A program made the translations under genes and the position numbers. Below are positions 19,500 to 29,508 of a stretch of DNA of 64,000 bases, in pieces (position 1 is the first letter of the stretch; each line of letters opens with the position of its first letter). The stretch lies in IMG/VR virus record IMGVR_UViG_3300022661_000054; one strand, given 5' to 3'. Below the pieces are notes generated by a model. The model worked only from the letters and a program-made list of their open reading frames with translations, was not told the origin of the DNA and did not search any database. This DNA is from a virus. Lineage: Duplodnaviria; Heunggongvirae; Uroviricota; Caudoviricetes.

Positions 19500-22313
19500 T
19501 CATTCAGTAGCTTTTGCGGTAGCAGAACCACCGTTAAGAATAAGCTCATCGCCCTCAGTCTGAACAAGCTTATTAACATTAACTTCTTTAATGCCAAGCT
19601 GAACACCAGTAGCACCTTCGCCTTCAATAGCAGCAACAGAAATCTCAGTAGATTCTTTAACTTCTTTAGCCGCAACAGAAGCAATAAGTGCTGCAATATC
19701 TTCCGCATTCTTCTCATGTGCAGCAGTATTAGCAGCAATAGCTAAAGCATTAGCCTCATGAGCAGCTTTATTATTAGCTACATCAGTTACTAGCTGAGCA
19801 ATATCGCTGGCATTATCGTTTACAAACTCAATAAGGTTTGTAACGTTGGTAATAGTATCTTCAGCATTTGCACCACCGATAAGAGCATTTACACGAGCGT
19901 CAACCTGTGCTTCTGTTAAGAAGGTATCATCAGCCTCATCCTTAGTATATACGTCAGCAGCATTTGCTTTAAGATCAAGAGCAGACTGATTGGCTGTCTT
20001 AAACTCTTCAAATGTTGCCTTCTCAAGATAAGGATCAAAGTCTACATCTGGAATTGCATCAATAGCACCCTGAACTGCAGAATCGACTTCGTCTTTGGTG
20101 TAATAGCCATCAAACTTATCAGTGTTTGCTTTAATAAGGTTGGCGAGCTCAGTGTCTCTAGTCTTAAGACCAGCAATATCTGATCCATGAACAGCAACAA
20201 CACCAGCAAGACCCTTGTTATTATCAGTGCCGTCACCGTTAATAATACCCTCTAGAGAATCGATTCTAGAAGATTCAACAACACCGACCTCAGTCTCTAA
20301 AGCAGATAATCTAGTGTTAAGAACAGTTAGTCCAGTCTCATCACTATTTAATCTTTGCTGAATCGCTGCAATAGTTGAATCATGAGTTCCGATATTGGTA
20401 GCATTTTCATTAACAGCGTCAATAAAGCTTTGACCATCTTTAAGGTCAGAAACTTTGACGTTTGAGATTACAGGAACCTCAATATTTACTGTTTTATCAT
20501 CATCAGAAGGAGTTAGCTTAGTGCCATTAACTGCGATGTACTCAATAGAGTTAGGTTCACCGCCAACCTCAGTGATTTCTTTAATTTTACCTTCTAAGTT
20601 ATCCGCCTTAGTAGCAGCATTAGAAGCAACCTGAGAAACACCTGCTAATTCGTCTTTAGTTGCGGCGTTTGCAATGGTAGCAAACTTATCATCAGCTGAA
20701 GTCTTATCATAATAGTTATCAGCAAGGTCTGTTTCAACATCACCAATGCGTGTTCCAACAGATTCAAACTGGCCTTCAACGTCAGACTTGACAGCAAAAG
20801 TTGCCTTGTCAGTAGTATAAGAGTCTACATCTACTTTCTTAGCAAGGTCAGCATTTACATCAGCTTTAAGAGCAAATGTAGCCTTGTCAGCAGTATAGTC
20901 AGCAACATGCTGTTCATAAGTAGTATTATCAACTTTCTTGCCAAGTTCTGTTTCTACGGCAGAAGCTTTTGCATATTGGCCAAGATTTTCAGCCTCAATA
21001 GCTTCTTCAATAGCACTTGTAACTTCGTCTGCAGTCTGTGCTGCTTCAGCAGTAGCCTTAACATCGTTTAAAGCAGAAACGGTAGCAACTACAGCTTCAT
21101 CAATTGCAATTTCACCGTCTGTGCTAACAGTAATACCGTTACCACCAGTGTAGGTATCGATAAGGTCATTAAGCTCAATCTCAGTAGCATTTTTACCTGC
21201 ATCAGTGTTCCAAGTAAGAGTAAGCTTCTTAGAATCCTTATCATACGCAGCACTATCAAGCATACCGTCTTTAACGAACTTAGCAGCATTTACAGAAGCA
21301 ACCTCTGTACCTGCACTATTCTTAATTACGATATAGTCAGATTCAACTTCGTTAACAGTCTTCTTCTCAATGGTTATGTCAAGCCCAGTGATCTGTTCGT
21401 CAGTGTAGCCCTTTGCAGAATTAAGAGTATCAGCATCAGCCTGCTCACGAGCTTTAGCTTCATCATCGATATCTTTTTCAAGAGCAGTTACACGATCAGC
21501 AAGTTCGGTATCGTCATAAGCATCTTCAGAAGTTAGATAATCATCCTCGATAGCTTTGATTCTAGCTTTAACATCTGTGTCATCATAAACAGTGTCAGCA
21601 TCAGCAGAATCTGCATAGTCTTTAGCTCTCTGCTCAGCTTCTGCAATAGCGGCATAAAGACCTGTTGCATTTTGGTCACCCTCAGCGGCTGCACCAATCT
21701 TACCATTAAACTCATCTTTAACGCCCTGAATAGCTGTCTCTACAGAAGTAGTAGTAGCATAGGCAGAAAGATCGAGAGAGATTTTATAGGTATTAGTATC
21801 TGTATCATCATCACGTACCTTCTCGATTAGTACATGAGTCTCTTCATCACCAGCAGCGATTACAGTTTTAGTGTTAGTATCGCCTTCTGTAATAGAATCG
21901 ATTGGAACCCACTTGATTGAACCATCAGCCTGCTTCTGTGGAAGAGTTGATTCTGCAGCAGCCTCAAAGCCAGCTAAGCTTAAAACACCATTCTCATCAA
22001 GAACGATGCTCTTACCATCGCCGTTAGTAGCTTTACCAACTTCTTGAAGAGTACCAGCGGCGTCGGCAATAATATAGAATGTTACGTTATCTACTACAGT
22101 AGCATCTTCTGCGTTAGTAGTAACAACAGCAAGTGTTTGACCTACATATGCAATAGCATTTTTGGTCGCATAATCCTGAGCAGCCTCAAGAGCAGTTTTA
22201 TCAGCAGTAGCATAGAATACGCTATAAGCTTCTAGAGGGAAACAACCCTGTCTTTTAAAGCTATTAGGATACTCAGTTAAATTTGTAGGAATTCTAGTTA
22301 AAAGTTCCGCCAT
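19500..22313 (-). CDS. Long fibrous coiled-coil structural protein (937 aa)
   Basis: Uninterrupted ORF with D/E/A/T-rich heptad composition. It is followed by a terminator, which suggests high expression. Confidence 0.85.
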   Translation of the reverse strand: MAELLTRIPTNLTEYPNSFKRQGCFPLEAYSVFYATADKTALEAAQDYATKNAIAYVGQTLAVVTTNAEDATVVDNVTFYIIADAAGTLQEVGKATNGDGKSIVLDENGVLSLAGFEAAAESTLPQKQADGSIKWVPIDSITEGDTNTKTVIAAGDEETHVLIEKVRDDDTDTNTYKISLDLSAYATTTSVETAIQGVKDEFNGKIGAAAEGDQNATGLYAAIAEAEQRAKDYADSADADTVYDDTDVKARIKAIEDDYLTSEDAYDDTELADRVTALEKDIDDEAKAREQADADTLNSAKGYTDEQITGLDITIEKKTVNEVESDYIVIKNSAGTEVASVNAAKFVKDGMLDSAAYDKDSKKLTLTWNTDAGKNATEIELNDLIDTYTGGNGITVSTDGEIAIDEAVVATVSALNDVKATAEAAQTADEVTSAIEEAIEAENLGQYAKASAVETELGKKVDNTTYEQHVADYTADKATFALKADVNADLAKKVDVDSYTTDKATFAVKSDVEGQFESVGTRIGDVETDLADNYYDKTSADDKFATIANAATKDELAGVSQVASNAATKADNLEGKIKEITEVGGEPNSIEYIAVNGTKLTPSDDDKTVNIEVPVISNVKVSDLKDGQSFIDAVNENATNIGTHDSTIAAIQQRLNSDETGLTVLNTRLSALETEVGVVESSRIDSLEGIINGDGTDNNKGLAGVVAVHGSDIAGLKTRDTELANLIKANTDKFDGYYTKDEVDSAVQGAIDAIPDVDFDPYLEKATFEEFKTANQSALDLKANAADVYTKDEADDTFLTEAQVDARVNALIGGANAEDTITNVTNLIEFVNDNASDIAQLVTDVANNKAAHEANALAIAANTAAHEKNAEDIAALIASVAAKEVKESTEISVAAIEGEGATGVQLGIKEVNVNKLVQTEGDELILNGGSATAKATE

Positions 22314-22327
22314 TATTTATTTCCTCC

Positions 22328-23521
22328 TTAACCTAAAGTAACAGTGAGCGAAGTCTCTGTGCCATAAGCTTCTGCAGGAGTAAATGTCCAAACATTATAA
22401 TTCTCTGCATAGTCACCAATACTTGTAGCAGTAGCATCAGCACCGCCAACAGAAATACCTTCAGTCTTAGTGAATGAAGTAGTCATGTCTGCATTAACAG
22501 TATTATTATAAACCTTAGTTACACCAGTAGAGCCTGCAGGACAAGCAAGTATAATAGTAGAAGCACCAACAGGAACAGTCATGTTCTTTGTACCAGCTGC
22601 ATACTTAGCACCAGTCTTAGCAAGACCTCTAATAGTAGCACTATCTAGATCAGCTGTAGCAGTCACATCAGAAGTAGTACCGAAGAAAAAGCCCTCACGG
22701 AAACCTGTAATGCTGAAAGTAATCTCTTTAGAAGAAGAACTACCTTTAATCCTCTTACTATCAACTATAGCACCAACATTATTAACAGGAGTTCTTGGAG
22801 AATCGCCCCAAGTACATACGTTTGTAATCTTTGCGACTTCTGCAGAAGAAGTAGAACTGATAGAAATCTGCGGATTAAGAGTAACAGTACCATCTACGCC
22901 GTCGGTAAATGTACCTTCTTTAGTACAAGAAACGTCATAAGAAGCTGTTACACCTGTAGCAGTGTCAGTATATTTTGTGTCACCAATCTTAGAACCAAAT
23001 TCATAAGAACCAGCGCTAAATGTGCCATCCCAAGAAATTGTCTTAATCTTACTACCGATTTCAGCAGTACCTGTGTTAGTTACAATACCATAACCAAGAA
23101 CAGTACCATTAGACTTACCGTTATGAGTCTTCACCATCATGCTAAATGAAGGTTGACCAACAGCAGGATCTTTTGTCTCTGAAAGAGCATCAAGTAGCCA
23201 TTCAGAAGTTGTCATACCCTTACCACCAGCGTTTACGAAACCGTTGGAAGTAGTATGACGTCCGAAGTTGTAAGTGAGGATCTGGTCTTCCTCAAAAACA
23301 CCTTCTGCTTGAGGAAGGTCTTTCCAAGCAGTGTCTGAACCGTCACCGACTTTGATGATTGGAACCTGAACATTTTTGGTTTCACCATCAATAGTCTTAG
23401 CAACAGTCATGTAGCCAACACCAACTTCACCAGCTTGTAGGCGATAGCTGTTATCAGCTTCCCATGCTTCTTTAGAGCCATTTCTCAAGACAATAATAGT
23501 ATTCAATGTCTTTTGTGCCAT
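22328..23521 (-). CDS. Structural protein (397 aa) with the N-terminal anchor motif and an S/T/G-rich beta region
   Basis: N-terminus ...GSKEAWEADNSYRLQAGEVGVGY...IIKVGDGSDTAWKDLP. RBS is AGAGAGGTAAACAAA. Confidence 0.8.
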   Translation of the reverse strand: MAQKTLNTIIVLRNGSKEAWEADNSYRLQAGEVGVGYMTVAKTIDGETKNVQVPIIKVGDGSDTAWKDLPQAEGVFEEDQILTYNFGRHTTSNGFVNAGGKGMTTSEWLLDALSETKDPAVGQPSFSMMVKTHNGKSNGTVLGYGIVTNTGTAEIGSKIKTISWDGTFSAGSYEFGSKIGDTKYTDTATGVTASYDVSCTKEGTFTDGVDGTVTLNPQISISSTSSAEVAKITNVCTWGDSPRTPVNNVGAIVDSKRIKGSSSSKEITFSITGFREGFFFGTTSDVTATADLDSATIRGLAKTGAKYAAGTKNMTVPVGASTIILACPAGSTGVTKVYNNTVNADMTTSFTKTEGISVGGADATATSIGDYAENYNVWTFTPAEAYGTETSLTVTLG

Positions 23522-23585
23522 TTGTTTACCTCTCTAAAAAATATTTTTTATTTATTATTATCTTTCGATAATTATAAAACTTTAT

Positions 23586-24140
23586 TTAAGCTGACGGTCC
23601 GCCGCCGTCAATAATTTCAATATCAGATGCATCATCTGTACCACCGTCGCCGACAGGAAGATATTCATTATTGTACCAAACATAAGTAGTAGCCTCTTCT
23701 GTTACAACATAAAGTCTTCCGGAAATACCATTATCTGGCAACTGCTCTTTTGTATCTACCACAACGGTAGAGGTATCTTGTAGCTCATCTACTTCAGACT
23801 GAAGCGTTTCAAGATTTGTCTTAATTGTTGCTACTTGCTCGGCTAAGCCTGGTAGGTCGTTAAGACCTCCAAGCTTATGCCAGTTAGCTTCATTTGTTAC
23901 ATCAGGTACTTTTAAAATATTCGTTACAGTACTATCATGTAAAAAATATATACCGTTTCTAGCTGAGTCACTATCTAGCCAAACAGCTACAATCATACCA
24001 TTATATGCAGATACTTTACCTGCATCATTATACCAGGTTTCAGAGAGTAGCAAATCATTATAGGTTTTAACTAATGATTTAGCATCTACTGGACCTTTAC
24101 CTGAATATTTATACTGTAGTTCAATTTGCGAGCCTGCCAC
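23586..24140 (-). CDS. Hypothetical structural protein (184 aa)
   Basis: ORF in the operon with a short predicted coiled coil (TNLETLQSEVDELQD). Confidence 0.7.
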   Translation of the reverse strand: MAGSQIELQYKYSGKGPVDAKSLVKTYNDLLLSETWYNDAGKVSAYNGMIVAVWLDSDSARNGIYFLHDSTVTNILKVPDVTNEANWHKLGGLNDLPGLAEQVATIKTNLETLQSEVDELQDTSTVVVDTKEQLPDNGISGRLYVVTEEATTYVWYNNEYLPVGDGGTDDASDIEIIDGGGPSA

Positions 24141-24142
24141 TA

Positions 24143-27100
24143 TTAAATAACCTCCTTAATGATGTATCTATACTTCTCTCCATTATTTACACTATCAAGA
24201 TTTACCCAGAGTGTGTAGTCATTAGGAACTGTTGGGACGTCTAATCCGCAGCTCTCAAGTGTTTCACTAATTAGATCTTTATCACAAGTTAATTGACTTG
24301 CAAAATCTGGGGAAGTGTTTTTCCATTCTTTAGAACCGTTGTCCCAAATTTTTACAGAAACTTGTAATTTATCTGAGTTTAAATCAAGACTGTTTGGAAG
24401 TGCAATCATATAAAACAATTCATTTTCATAACTTGTAAATTGTTGATAGCCAGACTCATTAACAGTATCACCATCAATAACTTGATAGAATCCAGCAGTA
24501 TCAGGAGCTTTTGTTGACTCTTCTACAGTCATCGTTTTATAGTTAAAAGCAACTTCCTCAAGTTGGCCACCAGCAGCTATTTGATACATAGGTAATTCAT
24601 TAGCTATTAAATTATCTATAATACCTTCTGGCTCGTCAGGATTTTCAGGTTCTTGTCCTGGCTGTTCATCAGTAAGCCCTAATAATTTAGCCAATATTTC
24701 TGCTATTTTAAGGTCTTTTATATTATCGCCGACTTTAAAATCTCCAATAGGGTTACTAATAAATTTAGCAGTTGTAAAAGGAGTATCATTAGCTTTAACA
24801 TCAACAGCTGTTGCAATTGCATTAGCTATTTCTGAAGTAGTTGAATAATCTTCAAGTGATTGATGTTCAGTTAAGTAGCCTTTAGCTGTAAGCTCTTCTT
24901 CTGTAATATATTCACTAGGTATTTCTGAGATAAACTTAGAAACGTCAGGAATATCAGACTTTAGAGCGAAATTGCTCACGTCAGGAATTTCTTTCTTAGT
25001 TGCTAAATGACTAATATCTTGATGCTGTGTTAAATAACCCTTAGATTCGAGTTCGCCCTCAGTTATGTATTCAGCAGGAACTTCGCTAATAAAACCTTCA
25101 ATCTCATCCTTAGTAACATAATTATCTAAGTTCACTACTGGATGTTCAATGGCCTCGATTGCGTTATTTAGTTCTTCTTTTGTTGCAAAACCATCAACAA
25201 CTGGCAGCTCTGTCTTCTTAACATACTCGCTAAGATCTTGATGCTCAGTAAGATATCCAGCATCATTAGTAAATGCACTTACGTTGGTAGGAACCTCTGG
25301 AATTTCAAGTGCAAAAATCTGTTCATTAACATATTGCTCAGAAGCAAGCCCATCGGTATTTGGAAGGCTATAAACCTCTTTACCAATTCTGATACTAGTT
25401 AATTCACCGTTAACTTCGCCGTCAGCGTTTGCTTCAACTTTATTTAATTTAACTTCTTTGGAAATTTCCCAGGTATTATCACTGTGTAAATAATAAGTAT
25501 TAAATGAACCATAAGCTTCACTTCTGCTTGTTAAGAATTTTGTAAATGTAATCATGTCACTTCTGACATAATTCATCACTGCGTAACCATTTACATCAGG
25601 AGCAGCATTAGCTAAAACCAGGAATTTGCCATTGTTATATGCATTAATTGCAGCAGTAAAGTCCGGTGCAGCAAAATCAACAACAAATAGTTCTGTCTCA
25701 GGAATTTCAATACCTGCAATAGCGTTATTTACAAACTCTTCAGTTGCGAGACCTTCTATAGAAGGAATTTCAAGCTCTTTGAACTTATTATCAACTTCAG
25801 TCTTGTTATAATAATTCGCAAGAAGATTATCAAGCTCTTCCTCAGTTACTTCGCCACCATTGAGCTCAGCTTTAGCAATTTCACTTCTAACAAAATCTTC
25901 CGAGGCGAGTCCTTCAATACTAGGAATTTCAGACTTCTTGGCATATTCACTAAGATTTTGATGCTCAGTTAAATAACCTTTAGCTTCAACATCTTCCATA
26001 GTAATAAAGCTAGAAGTATCAGGAATATCAATTCCATTTATTACTTCATTAACTAAGGCTTCTGTTTCAGATTTATTATAGTAATTAGATAAATTAACTT
26101 CAGGAATATCTTTAGCAGTGATGTAGCCTGCATCATTTTCTAATTCACTTACTTTTGTTGGATATTCAATATTACTAATTGCATTATCTACATATTCTTC
26201 AGTAGCATATTTTGCATCATTCTCAAGTTCACTTACTTTAGTAGGTACTGCAGGGATAAGTACATCAACTTCAGACTTAGTGTAATAAGCGCTAAGGTCG
26301 ACGTCCTGGTCAGCTAGTTCAGCTTCAGCAATTTTCTGAGTAACAAACTCCTTAGTAGCGACGTCAAGTTCTTGCTTACCAACGTTGAGCTTGTTATCCT
26401 CAGTAATTTCAACTTTATTAAGTTTAACTTCTTTTGAAACTTCCCAGGTATTAGCCGGACTTAGATAATAAGTATTAAATGCGCCGTAGGTTTCACTTCT
26501 ACTCATTAAGAATTTTGTAAATGTAATATATTTTTCACTTACATAATTCATTACGGCATAGCTATTAACGTCTGGAGCCGCATTAACTAAAACTAATACT
26601 TTTCCATTATTGTAAGCTTCAACTGCCTCGGCATAATCAGGAGCGTTGAAATCAACTTTATAAAGTTCAGCCTCAGGAAGCTCTATATTATTGATAGCCG
26701 TGTTAACGAATTCTTCTGTAGCCAAACCTTCGGTACTAGGAATCTCAGGCTTATTATTTAAATCGTTATAGTCTCTACTAAACAGCTCATCCTTTTTAGC
26801 ATAAGCTTCTAAACTTTGATGTTCAGTAAGATAGCCTTTTTTGTCAAGTGTGTCTTCTGTAATATACTCATTATGAGCATGATCTATTGTCGCATATTCT
26901 TCATGGCCATGTACTTTATTTGCATAATCTTCATGTAAATGATCAGTTGTTGCATAGTTAGCATGACTATGCTCAACAACTGCATATTCAGTATGCTCAT
27001 GATCTACGTCAGCCTTACCTGTAGCGATAGTAGTCAAAGCTTCAATAGCGTCCTTATTATTATCTATTAAGCTTCCAAGCTCTTTAAGAGTATCATAAGC

Positions 27101-28201
27101 TTCACCTGCGCCATTAAGAAGTTCATCTTTAATAGCCTGAGCAGTTCCTTTAATATCATATAAGTCATCGTGCTTATGGTCAATGTCTGCAACAGTACTT
27201 ATTCTCTCATCAATACGACGAGCAACAGCATCTGGCACAAGATCGTTGTGACAAGTATCATTGGTAAGAATTACACGAACTTTGTCCTTACTAATAAGTT
27301 TATCATCAGCATACCAGTGGAAGTTGTAGTAGAATCCAAGGTATTTATCAATAGTAGATCTGTCGCCAAACTTTGACCAGCTGTCACCACTCTTGTTGGC
27401 AATAGCCGACCATATCGTGGTATATTTTCTGCCTAAACTGTCAGTAGCAAGAGCACTATGCTCCGCATCCATCTTATCATTTGAGCCTTCAATAACGCTT
27501 GTAGCATTCTCTGGAGCATATGCTCGGAATGTCATATAGTAGTAAGAATCTGAACTACCATCACCGGCATTCTGAGGAGGCAGAGCATTGATGTCTACAT
27601 GCTCAGTATTCACTCTAACTTCGCTATTGTTATAACTAACAAACATTCCGTCAACAGGAAGTACTTCATACTTATTTTGTAAGTATTTTTGACTTGCTAC
27701 CCATTCTTGAGTTGCAGCTTTTTCAGTAAGTTCTTGGACTGTTGGAATAATTTCTGTTTCAACTTTTTGAACTGTTGGTAAAATCTGTTGCTCAACTGTA
27801 GGAATAACTTCTTTTTCGAGTTTTGTTTGTACCTGCTCAACTTTAGGAGTAAGCCCAGCAACAGCAGCTTCAACATGCTGCTCAGTAGCGTAATTAGCAT
27901 CATTTTCTAATTCACTTACTTTTGTAGGATTAGCTGGATGCTCGATATTATTAATTATAGTATCAATTTCTTCTTTACTATAGTAATCAGCTAAGTCTAT
28001 CCCATCACTGTTACTATAATTAATCTGCTTTAGCGTCAATAATTCTTGGCCACTATCGTCTTTATCAAAAACGCTTAAAAAGAGCTCTGCAGTGTCTGTA
28101 CAAAGATACCAACAATCTTCTTCTAAAACTATGTTAGGGTTAAGCTCCCCATCAATAAAAAGGTCAGTAGATAGACCTCGTCTAATATTAAGCTCAGACA
28201 T
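24143..28201 (-). CDS. Large repeat-rich fibre protein (1352 aa) with two duplicated ~95-aa modules, several short motif repeats and a His-rich decapeptide array
   Basis: The module ...NNGK.LVL.NAAPDVN.YAVMNYV......TFTKFL.SRSE.YG.FNTYYL...NTWE.SKEVKLNKVE appears twice. PTKVSELENDA.YATE appears three times. KGYLTEHQ.L.EY appears five times. The array is DHEHTEYAV / EHSHANYAT / DHLHEDYAN / VHGHEEYAT / DHAHNEYIT. Confidence 0.85.
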   Translation of the reverse strand: MSELNIRRGLSTDLFIDGELNPNIVLEEDCWYLCTDTAELFLSVFDKDDSGQELLTLKQINYSNSDGIDLADYYSKEEIDTIINNIEHPANPTKVSELENDANYATEQHVEAAVAGLTPKVEQVQTKLEKEVIPTVEQQILPTVQKVETEIIPTVQELTEKAATQEWVASQKYLQNKYEVLPVDGMFVSYNNSEVRVNTEHVDINALPPQNAGDGSSDSYYYMTFRAYAPENATSVIEGSNDKMDAEHSALATDSLGRKYTTIWSAIANKSGDSWSKFGDRSTIDKYLGFYYNFHWYADDKLISKDKVRVILTNDTCHNDLVPDAVARRIDERISTVADIDHKHDDLYDIKGTAQAIKDELLNGAGEAYDTLKELGSLIDNNKDAIEALTTIATGKADVDHEHTEYAVVEHSHANYATTDHLHEDYANKVHGHEEYATIDHAHNEYITEDTLDKKGYLTEHQSLEAYAKKDELFSRDYNDLNNKPEIPSTEGLATEEFVNTAINNIELPEAELYKVDFNAPDYAEAVEAYNNGKVLVLVNAAPDVNSYAVMNYVSEKYITFTKFLMSRSETYGAFNTYYLSPANTWEVSKEVKLNKVEITEDNKLNVGKQELDVATKEFVTQKIAEAELADQDVDLSAYYTKSEVDVLIPAVPTKVSELENDAKYATEEYVDNAISNIEYPTKVSELENDAGYITAKDIPEVNLSNYYNKSETEALVNEVINGIDIPDTSSFITMEDVEAKGYLTEHQNLSEYAKKSEIPSIEGLASEDFVRSEIAKAELNGGEVTEEELDNLLANYYNKTEVDNKFKELEIPSIEGLATEEFVNNAIAGIEIPETELFVVDFAAPDFTAAINAYNNGKFLVLANAAPDVNGYAVMNYVRSDMITFTKFLTSRSEAYGSFNTYYLHSDNTWEISKEVKLNKVEANADGEVNGELTSIRIGKEVYSLPNTDGLASEQYVNEQIFALEIPEVPTNVSAFTNDAGYLTEHQDLSEYVKKTELPVVDGFATKEELNNAIEAIEHPVVNLDNYVTKDEIEGFISEVPAEYITEGELESKGYLTQHQDISHLATKKEIPDVSNFALKSDIPDVSKFISEIPSEYITEEELTAKGYLTEHQSLEDYSTTSEIANAIATAVDVKANDTPFTTAKFISNPIGDFKVGDNIKDLKIAEILAKLLGLTDEQPGQEPENPDEPEGIIDNLIANELPMYQIAAGGQLEEVAFNYKTMTVEESTKAPDTAGFYQVIDGDTVNESGYQQFTSYENELFYMIALPNSLDLNSDKLQVSVKIWDNGSKEWKNTSPDFASQLTCDKDLISETLESCGLDVPTVPNDYTLWVNLDSVNNGEKYRYIIKEVI
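25502..25789 (-). repeat. Intragenic direct repeat, copy 2 of the ~290-bp module
   Basis: DNA-level similarity to 26402..26689, for example ttcccaggtatta...taagaattttgtaaatgtaat. Confidence 0.7.
26402..26689 (-). repeat. Intragenic direct repeat, copy 1 of the ~290-bp module
   Basis: See the copy-2 entry. The two copies encode paralogous ~95-aa segments. Confidence 0.7.
26861..27007 (-). repeat. Five tandem 30-bp repeats encoding the HxH decapeptide array
   Basis: Five consecutive decapeptides each contain H-x-H-x-(E/D/N)-Y-A. Confidence 0.7.
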
Positions 28202-28203
28202 AA

Positions 28204-28488
28204 TTATTCACCATCCCCTTTTAATTGGGTATCCTTGAACTTAAAGTCTCCATACTTTACAGTCTGTTTAACAGCCTCTTCGACTGCTTCATCCTTTGCA
28301 AAATGAGGGTCTAATTCTACCACCATCTCATCTTTTCTTAAGTAGTCTTCCAAAGGAAGGGCTTCTTCAATCTGTGTAACTTCGTCCGGTGTCAAAGTAG
28401 CTAAATCAACATGGATCTCATCACCAGGAATTTCCTTAATGTTACCATAGCTATCTTTTACAGTAAGCCATACTTTATAAGTTGCCAT
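28204..28488 (-). CDS. Hypothetical protein (94 aa)
   Basis: ORF in the operon coupled to the downstream gene. Confidence 0.6.
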   Translation of the reverse strand: MATYKVWLTVKDSYGNIKEIPGDEIHVDLATLTPDEVTQIEEALPLEDYLRKDEMVVELDPHFAKDEAVEEAVKQTVKYGDFKFKDTQLKGDGE

Positions 28489-28517
28489 AATACATTCTCT
28501 CCTTAAAATTAGTGTAT

Positions 28518-28814
28518 TTATACTAAATCTTGGTCATCAAGCTCACACTTAATAAAAAATAGTTCATCAGCAGAAAGTTCTTGCGGACCAACTTTATTTT
28601 TAAAAGCAAGATTTCCAAGATCGATACGAACCTCTTTATTAAGAGGGTCTATTGCAAGTCTTTGGTCATTAACCTTAATAATCTCAATTTTATTTTCTTG
28701 AGCATTATCTTCTATGTTAGCTAATTTACGTTTTTCATAGTTTGATAGCTCATTGCCAGTAGCTGCTCGTATAACAACAACTGGCTTTTGTGTAGGTTTG
28801 CGTAATTCAATCAT
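28518..28814 (-). CDS. Hypothetical protein (98 aa)
   Basis: ORF with an RBS. Confidence 0.6.
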   Translation of the reverse strand: MIELRKPTQKPVVVIRAATGNELSNYEKRKLANIEDNAQENKIEIIKVNDQRLAIDPLNKEVRIDLGNLAFKNKVGPQELSADELFFIKCELDDQDLV

Positions 28815-28829
28815 TTAGAGTGTACCTCC

Positions 28830-29414
28830 TTAGTTATTTTCTAGAGGCTCTAAACGCATACTAATAATTTCGTTTATAGCCGGAGGTACAGAAGAAATTT
28901 CGTCCAGTAACTCTAGTCTAACACCAAGCACTTCGCATTTATATATATCAGGATCAATTGAAGAAATATCGTCCAAAAGTTCTAAACGTACTCCAATAAT
29001 AGACCCTTGGAACTCGCCAGGTTCAGGTTTTATCAGTAAATCTTGAGCACCATATTCAATTTGAATATTTCCGTTTTCAGTTAACTTTTTATACTCTGTC
29101 TCTTCTTTAGGATCAAAAGCATTAATTAAAACGGCAAAATTATAAAAAGCTCCTGGCTTTAGGTGTTTAGATGCTTCAGGAGTAATCTTAAAGATGACTT
29201 CGCCGTTTTCGTCTATGTCTGTTTTTCTAGCTCGAAATAAAAATACGTATGGCGAGTCTATGTAGCTGTAATTTTTTATGGCAAAAATAAACTCGTCATT
29301 TTCGCCCAAGTCAAACATGCGTAAATTTATTGCAAGTCTGGTATCACAGTTCATATATACAGTTATATCCGGCATAGTGGCGAGATAATTTGTACAATAA
29401 CTTAGCAAGCGCAA
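28830..29414 (-). CDS. Hypothetical protein (194 aa) with an internal duplicated 18-aa segment
   Basis: GVRLELLDDISSIDPDIY and GVRLELLDEISSVPPAIN are duplicated. It is the first gene after the candidate promoter and terminator region. Confidence 0.65.
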   Translation of the reverse strand: MRLLSYCTNYLATMPDITVYMNCDTRLAINLRMFDLGENDEFIFAIKNYSYIDSPYVFLFRARKTDIDENGEVIFKITPEASKHLKPGAFYNFAVLINAFDPKEETEYKKLTENGNIQIEYGAQDLLIKPEPGEFQGSIIGVRLELLDDISSIDPDIYKCEVLGVRLELLDEISSVPPAINEIISMRLEPLENN

Positions 29415-29480
29415 GCCCTCCTAGTAAAATTTTAGTATCATATAATTTAGCAGTTTTCTTAACTTTTGTAAAATAAAAAT

Positions 29481-29508
29481 AGGGTAGACTCAATAATGAA
29501 TCTACCCT
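29481..29508 (-). terminator. Intrinsic terminator after the FolD / 61-aa gene unit
   Basis: An 8-bp stem (agggtaga / tctaccct) with a 12-nt loop overlaps the stop codon and is followed by ATTTTTATTTT on the minus strand. Confidence 0.5.

Noticed and set aside
19487-19738. 83-aa Leu/Lys-rich minus-strand ORF overlapping the 3' end of 19500..22313 in another frame
   Set aside because: It is an alternative-frame artefact of an A/T-rich coding region, and the terminator hairpin at 19447..19479 lies inside it.
24143-28201. Tandem repeats, considered as a possible CRISPR array or VNTR
   Set aside because: The repeats are in-frame coding repeats of unequal length inside a single ORF, with no repeat-spacer architecture.
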